A stretch of 60,781 bases of DNA from an uncultured bacterium (GTDB lineage Bacteria; Patescibacteriota; Patescibacteriia; CAIQCM01), in the NCBI GenBank assembly GCA_963708045.1, contig OY970181.1, forward strand, positions 1,127,443 through 1,188,223, written 5' to 3'. Shown piece by piece: positions 10,190 to 17,831 of this stretch. The notes below the pieces were generated by a model. That model saw nothing but the letters and a program-made list of their open reading frames with translations. It did not search any database and was not told the DNA's origin. Positions within the stretch are counted from its first letter, which is position 1. Each line of letters starts with the position of its first letter. The position numbers and the translations under genes were made by a program.

Positions 10190-10396
10190 TTATCTCATCA
10201 AATCATCGATCCCGACCTTTAGTGCATCAGCAATTTTTTTCAATGTTTCAACGCGGGGATTAGAAGTAGACCCCGATTCAACCTTAACGATCGTGGTATA
10301 AGTAACATCGGCAATTTTTGATAGCTTATCTTGAGAAATACCGAGCTTGGCTCAATATTTCTTTATATTCTCGGAAATAGCTGTTTTTTTAGACAT
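10190..10396 (-). pseudogene. XRE-family HTH regulator (C-protein-like) with an in-frame TGA at codon 15
   Basis: Manual translation: MSKKTAISENIKKY*AKLGISQDKLSKIADVTYTTIVKVESGSTSNPRVETLKKIADALKVGIDDLMR; ends 5 nt before the R-M start. Confidence 0.85.
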
Positions 10397-10508
10397 TTGG
10401 TATAGCAATTATTTGATATGCTATATGGTAGTAGTATAATAAGGGTACGGCTACATCTCCTTAGGTAGATTATAGCACTTTTTTAAAACGATAGGAATAA
10501 ATATTCCT

Positions 10509-10592
10509 ATGACCGACTATTTCCTCTACGCCAGAAAATCGACCAATTTGAACGGACGAGGAATGTTTGGCTCGAAACCTCTCCGAAATTGA
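10509..10592 (+). pseudogene. Remnant of a serine recombinase (N-terminal catalytic strand only)
   Basis: ATG-start peptide MTDYFLYARKST matches the resolvase/large serine recombinase Y-x-R-x-S-T motif, then stops after 27 codons. Confidence 0.6.
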
Positions 10593-10698
10593 ACGAATAA
10601 CCGGGACGGGACCGCTTATTATTGACTTATTCAAGATATAAACACATTAATCCTAATTACCAAACAAGACAACCGGTTCCTCGGCAAGTTCGGGACAT

Positions 10699-10733
10699 AA
10701 AAATAACCCTGCGTTTGGGCGGGGTTATTTTTA
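10699..10733 (-). terminator. Hairpin terminator directly beyond the distal att copy (probably the original ssrA terminator)
   Basis: aaaaataaccc...ggggttattttt abutting the att repeat at 10734. Confidence 0.55.
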
Positions 10734-10953
10734 TGGAAGTGCGGGGAATCGAAATGACGGCAAATAGGATCATGCACAGAAAACTGGCGTAGCAGACACA
10801 CCGTTGTACATCGCTCACAGAACGATCTTCAGCCCTTTGGGCAACCCGAGGGCAACACTTTGGGAAGGGCCGAAGACCGGGAAGGATGCGTTAAAAAATG
10901 CGCCTCGCAAAGCGTGTTGGCTGTGCGAGGCGAAGGAGTATGATGTGGTCGTT

Positions 10954-11583
10954 ATGGACAAAACGAACGATGCAGATGAGCTGGATTGTAGAAGGTATGG
11001 GCGACTGCTTGATGAGTACAAGGAAGCCGGCATTAACGTCCGCAATTACGGCGAGATCCGCTTCAAGCAACTAACGGTCTTCCTCACGGCGATGGCCGGA
11101 CTCGGAGCTGCTCTCTTTACCAGGACCGCTTCAGAGCAAGATGTGATTAGGTTGTGGATTTTCGGTCTTGGGCTAGCGGTGGTCGTCGCGTTTTTTGCGC
11201 TTGAGGAACGGGCAACTTATTACCGTCGAGCCTATATGTATGTCTTGCTGGACATAGAGAGGCGGCTTGGCTTTGGCCAATACCGACGAACCAAGAATCC
11301 CGGTTGTCTGAAGTCTCGCTACGTGTACAGATGTTTATTCATTTTCATCGCCGTTGCATGGGTATTCCTCGGCCTTCCCGTAGAGAAGCCCGGTCTTGTT
11401 GGCTTCGTGGAGTGGGCTATTGTAACCGTTCTCGCTACAATTCTTCTAAATCTTCGTTTTGAGCGATACCAACGGAAGGCCGAAGTAGGACTACTTCCGC
11501 AAACTCCTTCTGACGTGCCGACGATTAACGAGTACCAAAAAGAGGATCGGCAGGATGGTAACGGTGGAGGCAAAGATGATTGA
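10954..11583 (+). CDS. Hypothetical multi-pass (about 4 TM) membrane protein, island cargo
   Basis: Within ORF 10804-11583; likely start MDKTNDAD at 10954; four hydrophobic segments separated by Arg/Tyr-rich loops. Confidence 0.65.
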   Translation: MDKTNDADELDCRRYGRLLDEYKEAGINVRNYGEIRFKQLTVFLTAMAGLGAALFTRTASEQDVIRLWIFGLGLAVVVAFFALEERATYYRRAYMYVLLDIERRLGFGQYRRTKNPGCLKSRYVYRCLFIFIAVAWVFLGLPVEKPGLVGFVEWAIVTVLATILLNLRFERYQRKAEVGLLPQTPSDVPTINEYQKEDRQDGNGGGKDD

Positions 11584-11994
11584 GATCCACCCCCAGCTGA
11601 GGTGGTCGTACCAAGCTGTCAATCCATTCCAAGCTGACTGGATGTAATTCGCAGGTCTCATGATGTTGTCCCTTCTTCCGCGCGACTCTCAATCGCGCGC
11701 GGAATTGGGACGGCTTCATGACACCATAAAGGAACGCGACATCACTATAGCCAGGTTTCACTTAAACTGTCCATGCCGTGTCCACTTGTGGCTATTAGCC
11801 TGCAAAAGTATTCTGCGGTGAAGGAGAACGATTTCGGGTTGTGGACAACCCACCTTTCCCGCACAAATCCCCACCCCTTACCGCAACCGCGTCCGGTTCT
11901 ATGATGATGAGTGGAGGGAGTCGCCGGTGCCTGCTCGTTGAGGCGGCCGCTCGGCGCGTCTGGTGAACAATAATTCATAAACCCCAACCGATCT

Positions 11995-12201
11995 ATGGAA
12001 CACACAAATCCATACGAGTTCCTGACCCCGCGGGAACTCTCCGAATACATGAAAATTTCTATGACCGGCGTCTATCGCCTGGTCGATGGCCGGCAAATCG
12101 CCGTCTACCGAATCGGCAGCCGCCTTCGCTTCAAGAAGTCCGACGTTGATAAGTACATTGAGGCCCATTGCTACCCGCCGATGGACCGCAAACATCTATG
12201 A
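11995..12201 (+). CDS. Excisionase-like helix-turn-helix protein (HTH_17/MerR-like)
   Basis: FLTPRELSEYMKIS..VYRLV..QIAVYRIGSRLRFKKSDVDKYI; ATGA overlap with the integrase. Confidence 0.9.
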   Translation: MEHTNPYEFLTPRELSEYMKISMTGVYRLVDGRQIAVYRIGSRLRFKKSDVDKYIEAHCYPPMDRKHL

Positions 12202-13238
12202 GCGTCCGTCTCATGCGCGACAAATGGTGGGTAGACTTCCGATTCGACCACACCCGTTACCGCGTGAAGTCCCCATCCAACACGCGCGCCGATGCGCAGG
12301 CGTACGAAGCCGTCCTTCGTGGACGACTTGCGTACGGTTTTCCCCTTCATGGCGAACCGCCGCCGGCCAAACCGACCTTCGCCGAGGTCGCTGAGCGCTG
12401 GCTCGAAATCTCTGCCGCGAACTATCGGCCTTCGAGGCAGGTCAGCGTCCGCTATGTTGTGCGCGGTGCTCTCAATCCCTACTTCGGCAGAATGCCGGTC
12501 AATGCGATCACCGTCGAAACTATCGAGCGCTTCAAAGGCCAGCAGCTCCGCAAGGGTCTTTCGCCGAACACGGTGAACGGCCATCTTTGCATTCTGCGGC
12601 TATGTCTTGAAGCTTCCAAACAAGAAGGCCATGTGCGGGAACCGTCACGAATCCGGCGGCTTCGGCCTGTTCCATCCAAATTCAATGTACTCTCATCTGA
12701 AGAGACCGCCCTCCTGCTCACCGACCGCTCCGACCGTCCGGTCGCCGAGATGGTTTTCATGGCGGTTCACACCGGCATGCGGGTCGGCGAATTGCTTGCG
12801 CTTGCCTGGGACGATGTAGACCTGAAGCGTGGCGACATCGTGATCCGTCACTCGAAGACGCGTGAGGTTGTCGGCCCGACCAAGAACTACCGCGAACGCC
12901 GGATCCCGCTCATCGATAGCGTTCGTGCGATGCTCATGAGCAAGGAACTTCGTTCGGGCTTCGTGTTTGTCGATGAGAAAAAGCGGCCGATCACCTACTA
13001 CTCGGCTCGCGGCCGACTGGAACGGCTGTGCCGGCGGGTCGGCATACGCAAGATCGGCTGGCATGCCTTGCGACACACCTTCGCCTCCACATTGGCCATG
13101 GGCGGCGCCCAGGTCACGGCGATTCAACAACTCCTCGGGCATGCATCCGTCGAGACAACGATGCGGTATGCGCATACCGATGACCGAGCGCTGCGGGAGG
13201 CAGTGATGAGACTACCGTCTGCGCCTTGCTATGAATAG
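12198..13238 (+). CDS. int: Tyrosine recombinase / phage-type integrase
   Basis: Catalytic R (HTGMRVGEL), H-x-x-R (WHALRHTFAS), H (LGHAS), Y (TMRYAH); N-terminal arm-binding region (KWWVDFRF); start coupled to the xis stop. Confidence 0.95.
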   Translation: MSVRLMRDKWWVDFRFDHTRYRVKSPSNTRADAQAYEAVLRGRLAYGFPLHGEPPPAKPTFAEVAERWLEISAANYRPSRQVSVRYVVRGALNPYFGRMPVNAITVETIERFKGQQLRKGLSPNTVNGHLCILRLCLEASKQEGHVREPSRIRRLRPVPSKFNVLSSEETALLLTDRSDRPVAEMVFMAVHTGMRVGELLALAWDDVDLKRGDIVIRHSKTREVVGPTKNYRERRIPLIDSVRAMLMSKELRSGFVFVDEKKRPITYYSARGRLERLCRRVGIRKIGWHALRHTFASTLAMGGAQVTAIQQLLGHASVETTMRYAHTDDRALREAVMRLPSAPCYE

Positions 13239-13370
13239 CAGGAGGCGGCGCAAGCTAAACTAGTCGCCTAATCAGCGATGGGCAACCCGCATAAATCCTT
13301 AAGTGGGCACGGCGCAACGCCCCGTGGCAATCGGTTTGAGGTCGCGGCACCGAAGGCACCGGCGGCTTCA

Positions 13371-14033
13371 TTAGGGTTTGGAGCAGAGTGGGTCAGGGAA
13401 ATCCGTATTGCAAGAGGAGATAAAACCTTCTCTGACTCCTTGATAGCAGACTACCTCGCCGCCGCACTTCACTCTGAACCAGGCGGCGCCAACCGGCGAA
13501 TGTCCAACCCCGGCCACAGGGATATTCCGTGTTCCGTCAGGCACATTCCCGACACTATTACGCAGTGGCACACCTCTTTCGTCAGAGCTCGCAGGATTGC
13601 GACGTAGTGTAAGCGGTGTATTCTCATACCCAGGGAGGCGAACGATGGTGACCGACTTGGGAACGGATTGAAAAGAGCCTCTCCCTTCCGAGTTGGCAAC
13701 CTCCAACTTCATTGGTGCGCGGGACACCGTGTTCCTCACAAAACGCGCGGCAGTTGCCGGAAGCACACGACTGTTGACTGGAGACAGTTGGTTTTCGATA
13801 TTTATTGCGATGTTAGTTTGTGGCATTGAGGGTGTATCGGGGTGCTCCAGAATGCGCTCGACCTTTGCGCGCAATTCGCTTAGTTGAGCACTAAATTCTG
13901 TCCTCAGTGTTGAGCCATCGGATCGCAATATGGCCCACACTGTCACCAGGAGTGCCGCCGAACCGATGGCGACAGACAAGAGTCCAACCAGATCCATGGG
14001 CGATAGAGACCGATTCTGCTCAACCGTGGCCAT
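13371..14033 (-). CDS. Hypothetical protein with an N-terminal TM helix and short coiled coil, island cargo
   Basis: Within the 301-aa ORF; ATG at 14033 (MATVEQ) with AGGAAGGA upstream; TM LVGLLSVAIGSAALLVTVWAIL. Confidence 0.55.
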   Translation of the reverse strand: MATVEQNRSLSPMDLVGLLSVAIGSAALLVTVWAILRSDGSTLRTEFSAQLSELRAKVERILEHPDTPSMPQTNIAINIENQLSPVNSRVLPATAARFVRNTVSRAPMKLEVANSEGRGSFQSVPKSVTIVRLPGYENTPLTLRRNPASSDERGVPLRNSVGNVPDGTRNIPVAGVGHSPVGAAWFRVKCGGEVVCYQGVREGFISSCNTDFPDPLCSKP

Positions 14034-14165
14034 GCGACACTTCCTTCCTAGGCTGCGATGACCAATCACAGCTTCAAAAAACGTAGCACCATTTCTGAAA
14101 AACAAGGATAAGAAGAAAAGGGGCAGACTATCATCCCGGTTTATGCGACAGGCTCGGTGTATGTA

Positions 14166-14193
14166 TTGACAGCGCCTATATGTAGGATAAGAT
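14166..14193 (+). promoter_or_regulatory. sigma70-type promoter inside the island
   Basis: TTGACA(14166-14171)-16 nt-TAAGAT(14188-14193). Confidence 0.5.
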
Positions 14194-14199
14194 GGTCTC

Positions 14200-14470
14200 C
14201 TGGCTAGCTGGAACGGCTGTTGTTGGACATTGTCGGCGTCCTTTCTCCGACGAACGCTCAACAACTGTTGGCGCAACCCTGACCAGGTTGCCTCCAGCTA
14301 GTCGGGGTTTGCCTAGTAGTTCTATCGGTGCAGTGGGTATCCGTCAATCGCGCGCTGCGCCCAAACCCATCCGGATCAAACCAAAGACTGGGTCAATCAC
14401 AGCGTACAGCTTGTCACAACCAGGCGAGATCCTCGATTTTGCCGGCTCTCGAAGAGACGCCGGCATTTTT
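14200..14470 (+). ncRNA. Candidate structured ncRNA
   Basis: Promoter upstream, nested stems at 14204-14301, terminator-like hairpin with U-run at 14441-14470; no convincing ORF. Confidence 0.3.
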
Positions 14471-14815
14471 CTTTTCATGAAATTTCTGCCTCTTATTGCC
14501 TTCCGTATAGTAGGAGACCTTCGTGCCTGTAATTGCGGCCGAGGTTTCAACGGCTGTAGGGTTTACCGACCGACCGCCCACCCAGCCAGGCAACCACCTA
14601 TTCCCAGAGAGCAATGGTGGTTGGTCGGAAAAGGCGACACCAAAATCCGGCCGATGGCAGGTATCACCTCAGTAGGTTTTGTGTTTTGAAGTGCGGGGTT
14701 TCAGCCTCGAACCAGACACACTCCCCCGCCTTGATTTCTTAGGAAAACACCCGGTCACGCATGTCGTAAACCAAGAATTTTGGGCAACCAGTGGCAACGC
14801 TTTTCTGGAGGTAGC

Positions 14816-14845
14816 AAAAAACTCGCACTGTTGTGCGAGTTTTTT
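14816..14845 (-). terminator. Terminator directly after the tmRNA CCA (supplied by the island)
   Basis: aaaaaactcgcac-tgtt-gtgcgagtttttt, a perfect 13-bp stem including A/U runs. Confidence 0.8.
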
Positions 14846-15245
14846 GGTGGAAGTGCGGGGAATTGAACCCCGGTCTCACAAGAAGTTACGCAGATCGTCT
14901 ACAAGCTTATTTGGCCGAAGGTTGACGAAGCTGTTTAAGCGGCCAAAGTCATACGCAGCTCCGTTCCCGAATCAAGTCGCACAGACGCCAGTTCGGAAAA
15001 GACGGCATCTTTGTTCCGCATATATAACACCCGTAATCGCGCTATGTGGACTCGCGCGGCGGATGGGTTATTGCTTTTAGGCGACAACCGAAGCGAATGA
15101 AGGAGCGAACGCCGAGGCGAACGCAGTCTTCACGCGTGTCAATAAATTGACAATTAGGATTTTGCTCAAACGGATTTACGAGGCGAAGAGCTTGCTCGGC
15201 TTGCAGATCTGTGTTTTTCAAATGATCTAGTCCATTTTCACTCCC
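14845..15245 (-). ncRNA. ssrA: tmRNA (one-piece, 401 nt)
   Basis: 5' GGGAGTG pairs with CACTTCC-A-CCA including the G3.U70 alanine identity; T-arm GGTTCAATTCC; tag frame 15151-15077 VNLLTRVKTAFASAFAPSFASVVA*; adjacent smpB. Confidence 0.95.
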
Positions 15246-15253
15246 GTGTTAGG

Positions 15254-15323
15254 TGTTAACTTTTAACTGTTAACTGTTAACTTTTACGACTGTCCTAAAA
15301 GTTAAAAGCTAAAAGCTAAAAGT
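15254..15323. repeat. Heptamer tandem repeats in inverted arms (TTAACT[T/G] x4, TAAAAG[T/C] x4)
   Basis: 7-nt period read directly; the arms are reverse complements; lies between smpB and ssrA. Confidence 0.85.
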
Positions 15324-15342
15324 TTTTCTTGTTTACTTTCAA

Positions 15343-15795
15343 CTATTGCTTCTTAACGCGCATTGCTGAGCGCATTTCTCTGTCGGTTTCACGCTTTTTA
15401 ATGGTTGCGCGTTTTTCGTATTCGCGTTTGCCGCGCGCGACGGCGATGGTAATTTTTACGCGGCCGGACTTGGTAATATAGGCAGAAAGCGGGACAATTG
15501 TCAACCGTTCCTCCTCCTTTTTCCCAATAAGACGGGCAATTTCGGCACGTTTTAAAAGAAGTTTACGCGTCGCCGATGGGTCATATTCTTCACCCTGGTG
15601 ACCAGAACGATAAGCGGAAATTTGCGCGCCAAGCAAAAACGCTTCGCTATTTTTTATAATCACGTGGCTCCCTCGCAAATTTAAACCACCGGACTTGGCC
15701 GATTTTGCCTCGGCTCCGGTTAGCACAATTCCAGCGTCCATTTTTTCCAAAACTTCATAATCGTGCCGGATTTTTTTGTTTAGGGCAATACTCAT
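15343..15795 (-). CDS. smpB: SsrA-binding protein
   Basis: NKKIRHDYEVLEKMDAGIVLTGAEAKS, RKLLLKRAEI, ARGKREYEKR; ATG at 15795. Confidence 0.97.
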   Translation of the reverse strand: MSIALNKKIRHDYEVLEKMDAGIVLTGAEAKSAKSGGLNLRGSHVIIKNSEAFLLGAQISAYRSGHQGEEYDPSATRKLLLKRAEIARLIGKKEEERLTIVPLSAYITKSGRVKITIAVARGKREYEKRATIKKRETDREMRSAMRVKKQ

Positions 15796-15841
15796 GGCGT
15801 TAGTGTAGCAATTTACCGCAAAAAAGAAACCCCGCCACCCT

Positions 15842-15956
15842 ATCGTCATTGCGAGGAATGAGCCGAAGCGAATGACGCGGCAATCTCCACTAAGTCAGCA
15901 ACTTTGGTGATACTGCGAGGAGATTGCCGCGTCGCTTCACTCCTCGCAATGACGAT
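15842..15956. repeat. REP/MITE-like long hairpin (GTCATTGCGAG...CTCGCAATGAC)
   Basis: Perfect 16-bp terminal inverted repeat (15842-15857/15941-15956) and inner 15-bp inverted repeat (15874-15888/15919-15933). Confidence 0.85.
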
Positions 15957-17362
15957 TAAATCTCAACCGTCATCCCCGCGTAGGGAATTTCTACGTCCAA
16001 GCCGGGATATTTTTTGCGCGCCAGATTTTCAAAAATTTGATCTTGCGGCGACTCAGTGTGAACTAAATATAAATGTTTAAGCCCGTTAAATTTGGAAAGA
16101 TAATCCAGTAAACCAGTTTGGTCGGCGTGCGCGGAAAATTCGTGGAGCGTTATGACCTTGGCTTTAACCTCACGCGCCTCGCCCAAAATATTTACCGGAC
16201 TAACGCCGTCCTGAATTTTCCGACCCAAAGTGTGCGCGGCTTGATAACCCGTAATCAGCACAAAATTATTTGGGTCGCTAATTCCTTCTTTAAGGTGGTG
16301 ACGAATGCGTCCGCCTTCGGCCATTCCCGAGGCCGAGATAACCATAAACGGCCCGGCTTTAACGTTTAAGGCTTTTGATTCTTCAACCGATCGCACGTAA
16401 ATAAGATTATCAAAAATAAACGGCTTCTCACCCCTTATGCCAAAATCATTCCACGTTTCTTTGTCAAAATCATCGGTATGGCGATTAAAAACTTCAAGAA
16501 TATTTACCGAGAGCGGGCTGTCAACGTAAATCGGAATGAGCGGAGCTTTCTTTTCGTCAAATAATTTATGCAGGGCGTAAATAAGTTCTTGCGTTCGGCC
16601 AAGCGAAAAAGCCGGAACAATAATTTTACTTTTATTTTGCACGGCCGTTTTAATAACCGTCGCCAGTTCACCGCTTGCGTCGGAAAACGGCCGATGATTG
16701 CGATCGCCGTAGGTGCATTCCATAAGCAGCGCTTTAATTGGTTCCACAACCGGTTCAGGCGCGCGCATCAGTGGAACATTTATGTTGCCAAGGTCGCCCG
16801 TAAAAGCGATGGTCTTTGTTTCGCTGTCTTCGGTAATTTCAATAACTGGAATGGCCGAGCCAAGAATATGACCGGCGTCATAAAGTTTAAAACGAATCGC
16901 GTCTGTGAGCTTAAACCAGTCCTTGGTCTTACGACAATATTCAACCGGCTGAAATTGTTCAACCGTTCGGTTAACATCGTCCACGTTATAAAGCGGCGCA
17001 ATTTCTTTTGCGCCAAGTCCGGCGTGACGATTAAAATATTCGGCGTCTTCGGCTTGAATCTTGGCCGAGTCCAACATTATGAGCCGAGCAATATCAAGCG
17101 TCGCGCTTGTTCCATATATTTTCCCAGCAAAGCCACCCTTAACCAGCATTGGCAGAGCGCCCGAGTGGTCGGCGTGCGCGTGCGAAAGAATTACCGCGTT
17201 AATTGACGCGGCCGGAAACGGTAAAACCCGATTCATTTGTTCCGCCTCCCTTCGCCGACCTTGATACAAACCGCAGTCCAGCAGCAATTTAAAACCACCA
17301 GCTTCAATAAGATGCTTTGACCCCGTCACATTCTCCGCCGCCCCGTAGAAAGTTATATGCAT
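15956..17362 (-). CDS. MBL-fold metallo-hydrolase, beta-CASP RNA-processing exonuclease (YSH1-like)
   Basis: SHAHADH, DAGHILGS, FTGDLG, MECTYG, FSAHAD, LVH motifs. Confidence 0.92.
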   Translation of the reverse strand: MHITFYGAAENVTGSKHLIEAGGFKLLLDCGLYQGRRREAEQMNRVLPFPAASINAVILSHAHADHSGALPMLVKGGFAGKIYGTSATLDIARLIMLDSAKIQAEDAEYFNRHAGLGAKEIAPLYNVDDVNRTVEQFQPVEYCRKTKDWFKLTDAIRFKLYDAGHILGSAIPVIEITEDSETKTIAFTGDLGNINVPLMRAPEPVVEPIKALLMECTYGDRNHRPFSDASGELATVIKTAVQNKSKIIVPAFSLGRTQELIYALHKLFDEKKAPLIPIYVDSPLSVNILEVFNRHTDDFDKETWNDFGIRGEKPFIFDNLIYVRSVEESKALNVKAGPFMVISASGMAEGGRIRHHLKEGISDPNNFVLITGYQAAHTLGRKIQDGVSPVNILGEAREVKAKVITLHEFSAHADQTGLLDYLSKFNGLKHLYLVHTESPQDQIFENLARKKYPGLDVEIPYAGMTVEI

Positions 17363-17445
17363 ATTAAATAAGTTTAGCAAAAATTAGATTTAAAAAATAC
17401 CCTTCCTTAGCGCTGAACGATTGTTTGCGTCTAGAAAAAACTGAC

Positions 17446-17780
17446 TAGTCCTCCCTTTGGTAAAAGGGAGGGTGGGGAGAGTTCTGTTTTATTACGTTAA
17501 AGTTATTTACGGCGAAACGAACTCCCCCTACCCCCTCTTTTGCAAAGAGTGGGCTAAGACTGGCTACAGATAAAACCCTGCTATTATGCAAAGAAGGGGC
17601 AAATACAAAATTCTCAAATTAAATCTTTTTTGCAAAGAGAGTGACAAAGGCACGAAAAATCTTAGTCCTCCCTTTGGTAAAAGGGAGGGTAGGGAGAGTT
17701 CTGTTTTATTACGTTAAAGTTATTTATGACAAAACGAACTCCCCCTACCCCCTCCCCGATGGCCATCGGGGAGGGGGCTA
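17446..17780. repeat. Two ~92-bp direct repeats of a palindromic CCTCCCTTT..AAAGGGAGG element plus a CCCCGAT..ATCGGGG palindrome
   Basis: Copies at 17446-17537 and 17663-17754 (217-bp offset, few mismatches); related copy at 51359-51381. Confidence 0.85.
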
Positions 17781-17831
17781 AAATAAAAAACTACCTCGGC
17801 AAAAACCGAGGCAGTTTAATCAATCTTCAAT

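Larger units (their letters stand above)
10734..14867. mobile_element. ~4.1-kb tyrosine-integrase element integrated in the 3' end of ssrA
   Basis: att direct repeats tggaagtgcggggaat(c/t)gaa at 10734-10753 and 14848-14867 (19/20 identical, the latter inside the tmRNA); xis + int inside; visibly higher GC than the flanks. Confidence 0.9.

Noticed and set aside
10352-10354. In-frame TGA as evidence for genetic code 25 (TGA=Gly) or selenocysteine
   Set aside because: TGA is used as a normal stop elsewhere (dprA, the ATGA overlaps of xis/int and the Panacea pair), core genes are full length under code 11, and Arg is the expected residue.
14192-14689. 165-aa plus-strand ORF inside the island
   Set aside because: No recognisable domain or SD, and it runs through a terminator-like hairpin; better explained as non-coding structured sequence.
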